A stretch of 64,000 nt of DNA, from NCBI GenBank assembly GCA_937875855.1, contig CALFHF010000222.1, positions 15,353-79,352 on the forward strand, read 5' to 3'. Position 1 is the first letter of the stretch, and the number at the start of each line of letters is the position of its first letter. The stretch is from an uncultured Flavobacteriales bacterium. Lineage in GTDB: Bacteria; Bacteroidota; Bacteroidia; Flavobacteriales_D; JABDKJ01. The notes beneath the pieces are model-generated. The model was not told the DNA's origin. It worked only from the letters and a program-made list of their open reading frames with translations, and ran no database searches. Shown here piece after piece: positions 21,501 through 28,671 of the stretch. The position numbers and the translations under genes are program-made.

Positions 21501-23775
21501 TAGTTATAGCCAGAGGTTCTTCAATAGTGACGGTCAACGTAGAAGAACATCCATTCACATCTGTGACAACTACGGTGAAATCATTAGGGCCAAGATTTGT
21601 CAGATCTTCGCTAGATGATGTGAATCCTCCTGGTGCTGTCCAAGCTATGGTTTCGCTTCCGCTTCCTCCACTTATAGTCAAATCAATAGATCCATTATTC
21701 GCAGCAAAACAAGAGATATCAATATGTGTCTCCGTAAGGACTAATGCATCAGGCTCATCAACCACATACGTCTCTGTGAGAATACAGCCATTGAAATCTG
21801 TAACAACTACCGTGTATGACCCTGCTTGAAGGCCAGTAATATTTGGGGTTATTGCTGTGAAGCTATTTGGCCCTGTCCATGAGTATGTATACGTTGGAGT
21901 ACCCTCGGTGACGGTGATATCTATGGCTCCCGTTCCGTCCATGGCACAAAGTAAATCCGTCACAACCGCATCAATGACCATTGCGGTAGGTTCATCTACG
22001 GTGTAGGTCTGAGTGAATACACATCCATTCGCATCGGTCAAGGTGAGCAAATATGGCCCAGCTTCTAGATTGAATATATCTTCATCTGCGGAGGTAAATG
22101 CATTAGGTCCTGTCCAGGAATACGTATACCCTGCAACTCCTCCTGAAACAACAATTTCAATGGATCCTGTAGCATCTCCATTACACTCCACATCAGTGAT
22201 GGTCTCTACTGCTGCAAGAGGATCTGGTTCCATAATGTTGAAGGTGCTGTCTACTTGGCAAAGAAGACCGTCAGTGACAGTGACAGTGTAAGCTCCGGCC
22301 AGTAGTCCTGAAATGTCTTGTGTGCTTGCTGTGAACGGTGAAGGTCCTACCCATGAATATCCATAGGTTCCATTTCCGCCCAATACCTCCAAGTCAATAG
22401 ATCCGTCAACATCGCCTGAGCATTCTAGATCATCAATTACTGCAGTTAAAATAATTTCTGGTGATGTGTTCACCGTGAAGGTGCTATCAACGGTACAACC
22501 CACACTGTTCTCTACGACCACTGTATACATTCCTTCGAACAACCCAGTAATGCCTTGGGTGCTTGCTGTGAATGAATTAGGACCAGACCAGAGATAGGAA
22601 GAAACGGGGAAAGTTCCCATTACCGTCAAGTCTATTGCTCCTGTTGGATTGCCAAAACAAGTTAAGTCAGTAACGACCGCTGTGAGTAAAATCGGATCAT
22701 CTTCATCCACCACATATTGAGCCGTATGGATACATAAATTGGCATCTGTGATCTCTATGGTATAGGTTCCTGCAAAGAGGTCTATGATGTCTTCAGTTCC
22801 TACTGTAAAACCATTAGGACCTGACCATTCGAATAAGTAATTCTCTGCGCCACCGCTGGTGCTGTGGTCTATGGCCCCTGTGGCTTCTCCTGCACATATC
22901 ACATCGACAATTAGAGCTGATGAGACAATGGGAGTAGTGGGCATTACTTGGAAACTAGCTGTGTTCTGACAGGTATTCGAATCAGTCACAGTGAGGGTGT
23001 ACGTTCCTGGTGCTAAACCAAGAATATCTGCAATGTTATTGGTGTATCCTCCTGGTCCAGTCCATGCATATGTATAAGAGTTCGTACCACCGCTGACCGT
23101 AACGTCCATTGCTCCATCATTGACCTCGGAACATTGTTGATTGGTTACTATACCTGAGATGACAATCGGAGGTGGCTCGTTTAAATAAGCATAGTTTACC
23201 ACTTCTGTGCATCCCTTGCTGTCTGTAATGGTCAGTGTAAATGGATTACACAGCATAAAAGCAGCTTGGGTAGTTTCTCCGCTACTGTATGAAAACATAT
23301 TCCCACCATTTCCTCCAATAACTATTGGATTTGCTTGTCCATCACACAAGCCAAAACAAGAAGGAGGGACTGGGTTCATATTAAACACAGCAATAGAGGC
23401 TGGTTCATTTACAAACACATCAAAACTGCAGGAAGTTCCACCTTGACCCTGGTCTATTACAATCACTGTATAGGTACCCGCTCCTACGTTGCTTCTGCAA
23501 TTCGTTGTGGAGGTAGAACCTACCCAGATGTATTGGAAAGGGCCAACACCATCTGTGATAGTGATACAAGCTTGACCATCCGAGAAGCCATTACATGAAG
23601 GTTTTACTGGAGCCGGAACACCCGTGAAAAATCCGCAGCCTCCATTTCTGCGGGAACTCAAGGCTTCTTTATACGCAGACAAATCTTGCTCTTGCGCGCT
23701 CGCAGACACAGGGAGCATGAATGTCGAAAGGAAAAGGAAAATGATGAGAATGAAAGGGGTCCGGTTACACATCAT
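15526..23775 (-). CDS. Giant SprB-repeat cell-surface protein with a T9SS type B (gliding-motility-associated) C-terminal sorting domain
   Basis: The 2749-aa protein has a signal peptide and about 30 repeats of the pattern C..DG.I...SGG...Y.Y.W.GPNGFT....DI..L.AG.YTVTVTD.NGC. The C-terminus reads FTPNGDQVNDVW..FSRWGDELF..PLPVGTYYYIIEL. Confidence 0.9.
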   Translation of the reverse strand: MMCNRTPFILIIFLFLSTFMLPVSASAQEQDLSAYKEALSSRRNGGCGFFTGVPAPVKPSCNGFSDGQACITITDGVGPFQYIWVGSTSTTNCRSNVGAGTYTVIVIDQGQGGTSCSFDVFVNEPASIAVFNMNPVPPSCFGLCDGQANPIVIGGNGGNMFSYSSGETTQAAFMLCNPFTLTITDSKGCTEVVNYAYLNEPPPIVISGIVTNQQCSEVNDGAMDVTVSGGTNSYTYAWTGPGGYTNNIADILGLAPGTYTLTVTDSNTCQNTASFQVMPTTPIVSSALIVDVICAGEATGAIDHSTSGGAENYLFEWSGPNGFTVGTEDIIDLFAGTYTIEITDANLCIHTAQYVVDEDDPILLTAVVTDLTCFGNPTGAIDLTVMGTFPVSSYLWSGPNSFTASTQGITGLFEGMYTVVVENSVGCTVDSTFTVNTSPEIILTAVIDDLECSGDVDGSIDLEVLGGNGTYGYSWVGPSPFTASTQDISGLLAGAYTVTVTDGLLCQVDSTFNIMEPDPLAAVETITDVECNGDATGSIEIVVSGGVAGYTYSWTGPNAFTSADEDIFNLEAGPYLLTLTDANGCVFTQTYTVDEPTAMVIDAVVTDLLCAMDGTGAIDITVTEGTPTYTYSWTGPNSFTAITPNITGLQAGSYTVVVTDFNGCILTETYVVDEPDALVLTETHIDISCFAANNGSIDLTISGGSGSETIAWTAPGGFTSSSEDLTNLGPNDFTVVVTDVNGCSSTLTVTIEEPLAITIVGSITHVACAGGTTGAINITVSNGTPIYAFAWTGPNGFTSVAEDLTGLAAGMYTVIVTDDNGCSRTASYTVIQNQPILVTAIITHVSCNAASTGAIDITVSGGQSLYQVSWTGPAGYTANTQDITGLATGTYTVTITDALLCTASFDFTVNQAAPLVITAVTSDPDCATDSNGSIDITVTGGTTTYSYSWTGPLGFIGTMEDLINSPGGTYTVTITDFLGCTIQGTYILTQPTEIVVDLDIMNPSCDMTDGSVTANVTGGTVAADYQYEWYDSMNTLLSSTNSVSGLPTGNYLFIVTDDNGCDNTQFFELSDATGFVTAVITNVTCLGDVDGAINITIGDLVQPWTVSWAGPNGYTSIQEDISSLIAGAYTVTIIDALGCTLIQTFTVNAPPPLNLSAAVTHVTCAGEMNGSINLSVQGGFGDKVYAWTGPNGFTAITQDISGLAPGDYSVTVTDGNNCQATANFTVNPAVNYQLTAVITHIQCAGQTNGAIDLSVTPAIGTATYQWNGPDGFNANTQDLTGLNAGTYNVVMTTPAGCIFNASFTVTAPTAITVSTALTPSACGMSIGAATLTASGGTVAADYVYSIVELPSNAPVSNTNSASGLDGGMYGYTVTDDNGCVYTGSFVISDSVGDLTAAISHVTCAGAQDGAIDITVTGLATPLTVQWNGPNGFSATTQNITGLSPGLYTVSVTGANGCVLGDTYEVLPAAGIIVTAVVTQVSCAGNSNGAINMSHAGGVPTFTYAWTGPNGFTAITQDLTNLGPGTYSVTVTDGDLCTGTGTFTVTQPLPISVNEFITGIICDGDSTGAINIEVIGGNGGNIFFWSGPGTFTSSFEDISGLASGMYDLLVTDSKGCVYSNSYFVPQSPAIAITLVQITPANCGLSNGSIQVNASGGAGGYSYVWTNSASAVVGNSATASSLPVGSYTVTVTDANLCTRTAQFSVTSLEATLSAAISAVSCFGFSDGAIDVTVTGVLTGPVDTMWTGSGGFTSSSEDISGLIAGAYTITLSDSIGCIISEQYTVPQPPPISSPAIITHVSCNGTNDGEININVTGGTGTATGSWTGPNGYTANTLDIINLFAGTYTVTLTDANDCVHVQSYVVNQPAGIIANEDITHVLCNGDNTGAIDINPSGGVGTPTYHWTGPNGFDEVTQDIMNLLAGTYDVDITDANDCVQTFSFEVLESPLIVIDLVQLNNANCGLSNGSIEVLAVGGDDNLSYEWSNSSLASVGSGVFVDGLPVDIYTVTVTDGNLCIMTADFEIENMDISVTGQVTDVSCFGLDDGAIEVTIVGAFIGPVDTLWTGPSPFTASSEDLANLFAGTYTLTLSDSVGCVINESFDVMEPEQLVADGTITGNLCFSDSTGSIISNVTGGTEAYGYAWTGPGVFASMDPDIFDLIPGTYDLTVTDDHGCEATYQGILVEPALIIPMETLTNPSCIGNEDGSILLDMTGGTGTLTYVWTGPGTFMSMDEDITGLGPGGYQVEITDDNSCAVEADYVLIALQVMAFSATSVNIDCNGNTNGSIDIEVSGGLETYGYSWIGPVPFTAITQDIADLLAGEYEVLITDQNGCELDTLITLTEPETLIAAEQSVVDLNCNGDLSGAISLDISGGTLDYTLLWSGPNDFTSIEEDISGLEAGDYVLDVIDFNGCALSLPFIVYEPAAISIISTSITDAICENSPDGSIDVDISGGVPGYETSWSGPNGFSSTNEDLTGILPGTYTLSVTDDHGCIESVPFTVAYQLEILADAGTYDPICNGNQVFLDGSNSSGAQSYNWTLLSGLSLSNQVTTNVQASTANSVVILTITNGFCIDRDTLNLDILLLPIVNAGEDQTTFLGEQVTLGGDPTADDAASYNWFPPQLLDDSSHPNPIYVNSGTQTFSVTVVGNNGCIASDDVIITLDPSIEIPDGFTPNGDQVNDVWVLGNRGLFPNLVAQIFSRWGDELFKSAPGYPDPWNGEFNNAPLPVGTYYYIIELNDPKFPDAVTGPLTIFR
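16285..23637 (-). repeat. Intragenic tandem array of about 30 SprB-type repeats (about 230-240 nt each), with four super-repeats of about 950-970 nt
   Basis: The W.GPxGFT motif recurs about every 75-80 aa. Super-repeat anchors of the type NCGLSNGSI recur near 20770, 19800, 18850 and 17900. Confidence 0.85.
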
Positions 23776-23790
23776 AGCATGTTCTTAGGT

Positions 23791-24723
23791 TCAGTCGTAA
23801 GCAGCACATGGGACGAAGCCTCCTCTAGAATTCACGGGACAAGCAGTAATTCCAAGTATAATCTCATGGGAATTAGAGCTTGCCACTCGCACAGGAGAGG
23901 TGGTCATATCATAGGCATAGCCTACAGTAAAAAAGTTCAGGAAGTTAAATTTCATCAATGCTACAACAGCATCACCGTTCCTGTATCCAAGTCCAATGGC
24001 CAATCGCTGATCGAAATCAATCATGGCATTGAGGTCTGCGGCTACTGGAGCAGCGCGCACATATTTCACTAGCACGCTCGGTATGAACGATGTTGTTTTA
24101 GACATTGGAATGGAATAGCCCGTGGTCAAATTGAAATGAGGCAGAAGTCTGGCATTGCCTATATCAGAAGCTTTGCGCCCTGTTATGTGCTTGACGGATG
24201 CTCCTAAATAGAAACGCTTGTTATACATCCAGAACCCTGGGCTTAATTCTGGGACAAGCAAATTAGAACTGGATCCAGGAGCGAGGATAGGGTCTGAAGC
24301 ATCTTCGACTAGGATGGTTGAGAGATCCATGCGATACTGTGTGAATCCAGCAAAGAGACCAAGTGATCCGCGCATTTCACGGTTCATCTTGAAATGGAAT
24401 GCATAAGCCAAATTAAAATGTGTCTTAGAAAATGGCTCAGTATTATCTGCCTCGAGCATTACGCCTATACCATGAGAAACTCCATTTCTTTTTGGCTTTC
24501 CAATAAATCCATTGATGGATGCGAAACCAGTGCGCGGAGCACCTTCAAATCCTACCCACTGAGTCCTATATCCGAACCGCATGTCGAGGCATTGTTTCGT
24601 GCCAGCCACCGCGGGATTAATCTGAAACTGATTAAATAGGTAGTGGGAATATTGAGGTGCTTGTTGTGCGTTCAATGAAGCTATCCCGAACACAATGAAA
24701 ATGATATATATTAATATTCTCAT
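23791..24723 (-). CDS. PorP/SprF-family type IX secretion outer-membrane protein (copy 2)
   Basis: AQQAPQYSHYLFNQFQINPAVAG follows the signal peptide, and the C-terminus reads HEIILGI. The ATG at 24723 lies 2 nt after the upstream stop; the track ORF uses a TTG at 24729. Confidence 0.85.
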   Translation of the reverse strand: MRILIYIIFIVFGIASLNAQQAPQYSHYLFNQFQINPAVAGTKQCLDMRFGYRTQWVGFEGAPRTGFASINGFIGKPKRNGVSHGIGVMLEADNTEPFSKTHFNLAYAFHFKMNREMRGSLGLFAGFTQYRMDLSTILVEDASDPILAPGSSSNLLVPELSPGFWMYNKRFYLGASVKHITGRKASDIGNARLLPHFNLTTGYSIPMSKTTSFIPSVLVKYVRAAPVAADLNAMIDFDQRLAIGLGYRNGDAVVALMKFNFLNFFTVGYAYDMTTSPVRVASSNSHEIILGITACPVNSRGGFVPCAAYD

Positions 24724-24725
24724 AC

Positions 24726-25715
24726 TCAATACGTAATGGCTACTGAACCAGTCACTGGATCGCTTTCAACACCAGGGATATTCAAATCGATCACATAATA
24801 GTATGACCCGGCTGGTAAGGGTTTTCCGCCTTTCATTCCTGTCCATTCTCGCCCACTTCCATACCCCGTGGATCGGAAGACAATCTGTCCCCAGCGTGAA
24901 TAAACACGCACATCAGCATTCGGGAATTGATCTATAGCGAAGATGCGCCAAGTATCATTGAAGGTGTCTCCATTTGGAGTAAACATGTTTACAGGAGTAA
25001 TGCCCGGAATTACTTCCAAGAAGACCTCAAACGTTTGTGTGCATGTTCCAACTGTGGTCTCTACGGAATACAATGTTGAGTTAGAAGGAGAAGCGACTGG
25101 GTTAGCAGCGGTGTCAAAATCCAAGGTGGAGGAAGGGCTCCATGAATATTCTGAGGCTCCGAATGCTTCGAGCGTTTGGGAATCTCCTTGATTGATGATG
25201 TAATAAGGAACTGCTCCCACCTGGCTCTCTACCGCATCGCCTGATATCTGAATATTAAATCCGCAGCTTGCAGGGAATAATGCACCCATCTGTCCTGAAA
25301 CGAGAACCTGATACGTTAGGCCGCTGTCCATGGCTAAGGTCTCTAGGGTTAATATCCCAGTTCCTTGCACACAATCAAGCTCTGAATACGTTGCCGGGTC
25401 ACAAGGATCAGAGGCAGAAAAGAGCAAGACTTGCAAAGAATCGCCAAAATTCGGATTGCTGACATTGGCAAAGACAAGCTGAGAAAGGGTGACATTCACG
25501 GCACCCATGGCAAGTGTTTCAAAGCTGAACATACTGGCTCCATTGGCTTCAAAACAAGAGGTAGTAAGTCCATTTATGGGAGCCCCTTGAGTCGAGCCCG
25601 CATTCAGGTTGTTCAATGAATTAAAACACAATTGCTGTGGATCATCACAATCCTGAGCATAGCTCTGAACACTGAAGGTCAGTAAAATAGTAATCAGGAC
25701 TAGGTAGCGGATCAT
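24726..25715 (-). CDS. T9SS type B C-terminal-domain cargo protein with an uncharacterised N-terminal domain
   Basis: A signal peptide is present, and the C-terminus reads FTPNGDTFNDTW..VYSRWGQIVF..PLPAGSYYYVIDL. I recognise no family for the Cys-containing N-terminal part. Confidence 0.8.
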   Translation of the reverse strand: MIRYLVLITILLTFSVQSYAQDCDDPQQLCFNSLNNLNAGSTQGAPINGLTTSCFEANGASMFSFETLAMGAVNVTLSQLVFANVSNPNFGDSLQVLLFSASDPCDPATYSELDCVQGTGILTLETLAMDSGLTYQVLVSGQMGALFPASCGFNIQISGDAVESQVGAVPYYIINQGDSQTLEAFGASEYSWSPSSTLDFDTAANPVASPSNSTLYSVETTVGTCTQTFEVFLEVIPGITPVNMFTPNGDTFNDTWRIFAIDQFPNADVRVYSRWGQIVFRSTGYGSGREWTGMKGGKPLPAGSYYYVIDLNIPGVESDPVTGSVAITY

Positions 25716-25871
25716 ATAGTTTTATTCCGAAGTGAAAGGTACTCAACGCATCAGATCAAAGATCCATTCACAGCGCCATTACCAACATTTACGGGTGTAT
25801 AAGTGAAAATCAGAATCCCCATAAAGGGCTTTTTATAATCATTCAATGAAATAAGCAGGAAAACTTGAGGC

Positions 25872-25900
25872 AAAAAAAGAGGCGCTATAAAAGCACCTCT
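25872..25900 (-). terminator. Rho-independent terminator downstream of tRNA-Arg
   Basis: The stem AGAGGCGC/GCACCTCT has one mismatch and a 7-nt loop. It is followed by a T-run on the minus strand (the A-run at 25872-25877 on the plus strand). Confidence 0.6.
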
Positions 25901-25913
25901 TTTTATTTTTTTG

Positions 25914-25985
25914 TGGCCCCGCCAAGAATCGAACTTGGATCTAAAGTTTAGGAAACTTCTATTCTATCCATTGAACTACGGGGCC
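25914..25985 (-). tRNA. tRNA-Arg (anticodon CCT)
   Basis: A manual cloverleaf works: acceptor GGCCCCG/CGGGGCC, D arm GTTC..GAAT, anticodon stem GAAGT/ACTTT with loop TTCCTAA, and T arm CCAAG-TTCGATT-CTTGG. CCA is not encoded. Confidence 0.85.
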
Positions 25986-26000
25986 CTGATTTTGAGGCCG

Positions 26001-26008
26001 CAAAGGTA
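26001..26008 (-). promoter_or_regulatory. Candidate Bacteroidota -7 promoter box (TACCTTTG) for tRNA-Arg
   Basis: The sequence matches TAnnTTTG and ends 15 nt upstream of the tRNA 5' end. Confidence 0.4.
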
Positions 26009-26050
26009 GTATTATCAAGAATATCTAGGGATGTGAAATAGCAGTCAGAA

Positions 26051-28366
26051 TCAATCGACCCAAACCTTCTTACGGTATCTTTCAGAGCCTATTATAAGCT
26101 CCACATAATAGATTCCTGTGCTAACATTGAGCTGATACGTGAAGCGATTTGTAGCTTGCATAATCTTACGCTGGAATACTAGTTTTCCGCCCACTGAATA
26201 GACTGTTACTTCTGCTTCTATAGGAATCTCTTGAAGGCCTTCTCCCGGTCTAATGTTTAATTGACCTGAAAAAACATGAATGTTATAGTCATTGCCAATG
26301 CCGTTAAAAGGCTTTGGGCCCTCTATAGGGGAAGGCGAACCGTTCACTTCTACGTTGTAATCATCCACTTCAGTGCTTGGGTGATCTCCTGAACTGTTTC
26401 TGTCAAAATGCAAGATGAATCGTGTTCTGTCATCGCTTATGAGAACATCAGTTGTGTAGACTCCATTAGTCATCAAATTATGGAAATACCCTAGTTTTCT
26501 ATCCTCCAAATGCAGGGTGCTGAAGCATTCTCCACCATCGATCATAGGAGCTGAAATGTGTACCTCACCCTCTACTCCTGGATTCACGTATAGCACCACA
26601 TGCTCACCATGCACTGATGTTGGTATAGAGTTAATAGACAAGACATTTCCACCTTGACCTATACTTCCGAGCGTAGGAATTAACTCATCCATACTCGCGA
26701 TTTTCATTCCATCAAACGCTGGATCCCACGCCCACGTTGCATTATCTTTGAATCGAATCAATCCTTCATCGGTTCCTGAAGGACTTTCTATCTGCAAGCG
26801 GATATGATGATCTCCCAATGTTGGAGACTCCATAGCTTGCGCAAGTTCATAGGGACGTAATGCAGTCTCTTGATAACCTAGAAGCACTTCTTCTCCCTCA
26901 GGAATGTGAAGTAATACTGCATCTAATGGCCTCATGATTCTGGGCATGTCATGGATGCTTGCATCATCCACTTGAACAGAATATTGTCGTGTAGTTGGAT
27001 TCCATCTATAGGTAACAGCCGGCACACCAGTGCTTCGTGCTATTCCAGAGATATTCATGATGGAGGGGAATGGATTTCCTACTGACCTTAAGTCCTTACT
27101 GGCAGCCCCCCCTTCGATATAGAGAAGATGCACAGTGGCATTACTCGCTTGTCCTGTTACCACTACAGCTTCGGCAGCACCGGTTATGCGCACAGCATCA
27201 GATGAGGAGAAGGTCGTTTCTCCTTGAATCTCATTCCACATTGAAGCAGAATTCATTGTATTAGATTCAGGATTGAAAGCGTCTGCTTGTGCGCTTTCAT
27301 TTGAAAAACTTAATTGTTCACAGGTCAAGTCATTGAAGGGAATTCCTACAATCTCTCCGTCCATACCTGACACACTCTTCACGAAGGTCAACGGACCAGC
27401 AATATTTTCAGTGGGCATGTAGACGTGTCCTGTGTTTTGATCATTGACTAACATGGTCAGATTAGTACCTATGTTGGCTAAATAACCGTTTTCTACATCT
27501 AATAAGTCTTTCACAGTCACAGGCTCAGTGAGCACGTAAAAACCCTCTAAGCTCAGACGCGTGAATACTGGAGAGCCTAGGATCTCACCTCCAGTTACTC
27601 CTTGCTTCATACGCACGTCTCCTCGCAGATCACTCGTTCCTTCTTGTATGTAAGAGTGGTATACATTCAGCTCGGCATTGCCATTCAAGGTCAGGTGTGC
27701 ATTCTCCAAGATGGTAATGTCCTTCACGTTGGCTTTAATCTCTATTGTAGGGTTAAAGGACCAAGCTTCAGGAATAATTACGCAGTCTAAACTATCAGGT
27801 ACCATTGCTGGTGTCCAGTTCAGAGGCTCATCCCATGACTCGTTTATTCCACCAATCCATGTGCTGCATTCGCTCTCAACAACACTCATATGCATAAGAA
27901 AACCCATGTCAATACTGGGTTGAGGCGTTCCGTTCCAATAGTTTTGTCCATCGGGATATATATTTGCAAAATTGGCCCACATGGTTCCATAATTTCCATT
28001 GAATTCTATACGATAGGTATACGTTTGGCCAGCTTGCATCCATATGGGGGAAGAGAGAGTGTGGATTAGGAATCCACCCCACTCGTCTTCTATAGTTACC
28101 GTATTGGAATAGAGCATATTGCCAGCATATCCATCTCCTTCATAGAGGCTTAATATGGCTTCGAACGTTCCTTCTTGTAAATTATGGACGGGGACATCTA
28201 TACGGTATAATTCAGCGGTGCCGCAAGGAAGAAAACTCTGACCGAAGTCCTCTTGTGTATAAAGGTAGGTGTCCACATATGGCTGATCGACATAGCAGGA
28301 CTCCTGAGCCTGTAGCGACTGCACCCCCATGAGGAGGAATAATCCGATTACGAGTTGGTACTTCAT
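26051..28366 (-). CDS. T9SS type A (Por secretion tail) C-terminal-domain cargo protein of unknown function
   Basis: The 771-aa protein has a signal peptide. Its C-terminus is VTVYSVGGKLVFQRKI....LNVSTGIYYVELIIGSERYRKKVWVD, typical of type A sorting domains. Confidence 0.8.
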   Translation of the reverse strand: MKYQLVIGLFLLMGVQSLQAQESCYVDQPYVDTYLYTQEDFGQSFLPCGTAELYRIDVPVHNLQEGTFEAILSLYEGDGYAGNMLYSNTVTIEDEWGGFLIHTLSSPIWMQAGQTYTYRIEFNGNYGTMWANFANIYPDGQNYWNGTPQPSIDMGFLMHMSVVESECSTWIGGINESWDEPLNWTPAMVPDSLDCVIIPEAWSFNPTIEIKANVKDITILENAHLTLNGNAELNVYHSYIQEGTSDLRGDVRMKQGVTGGEILGSPVFTRLSLEGFYVLTEPVTVKDLLDVENGYLANIGTNLTMLVNDQNTGHVYMPTENIAGPLTFVKSVSGMDGEIVGIPFNDLTCEQLSFSNESAQADAFNPESNTMNSASMWNEIQGETTFSSSDAVRITGAAEAVVVTGQASNATVHLLYIEGGAASKDLRSVGNPFPSIMNISGIARSTGVPAVTYRWNPTTRQYSVQVDDASIHDMPRIMRPLDAVLLHIPEGEEVLLGYQETALRPYELAQAMESPTLGDHHIRLQIESPSGTDEGLIRFKDNATWAWDPAFDGMKIASMDELIPTLGSIGQGGNVLSINSIPTSVHGEHVVLYVNPGVEGEVHISAPMIDGGECFSTLHLEDRKLGYFHNLMTNGVYTTDVLISDDRTRFILHFDRNSSGDHPSTEVDDYNVEVNGSPSPIEGPKPFNGIGNDYNIHVFSGQLNIRPGEGLQEIPIEAEVTVYSVGGKLVFQRKIMQATNRFTYQLNVSTGIYYVELIIGSERYRKKVWVD

Positions 28367-28671
28367 TTCAATAGTTTCACCTATTTATACGTAGGGCATT
28401 TGAAAGGGTTTCGTTTGAGTTTGAAGAGGATACAAGAATAGGGGCCCGAGGACCCCTATTCTACACCTTAAACTAAACCATCTACACTTTACAACCTACT
28501 CCTCAATTTCTCTCTCTCGCTTTGTTTCAACTTCACTTTTAATTCAAAGTCCGATACTAATAGTTGACTACTAGTTCTCCCACCTATACGGCCCTCAGGA
28601 CCAAATGGTTTCCTGCTTTGAATAATTTGTCCTGAAAGGCCTTTTATCAGCGAACTTTAATTCTACTGGTC

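Noticed and set aside
17309-23598. About a dozen plus-strand ORFs of 60-166 aa inside the giant minus-strand gene, for example 17309-17689, 17974-18474, 21244-21618 and 21485-21829.
   Set aside because: All are antisense to a continuous 2749-aa ORF with strong repeat and domain structure. Their sequences are low-complexity mirror images of the repeat codons and have no motifs of their own.
15526-23775. Regular periodicity of about 230 nt that could superficially suggest a CRISPR-like or satellite array.
   Set aside because: The period lies entirely within one open reading frame and corresponds to protein repeats. There are no short identical direct repeats separated by unique spacers.
25914-25985. 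tRNA-Arg as the integration site of a genomic island carrying the T9SS type B module.
   Set aside because: No integrase or other mobility gene is present. I could not find a copy of the tRNA 3' end (TGGCCCCGCCAAGAATCGAAC on the plus strand) at the far boundary near 14540-14626. A composition comparison would need computation I cannot do.
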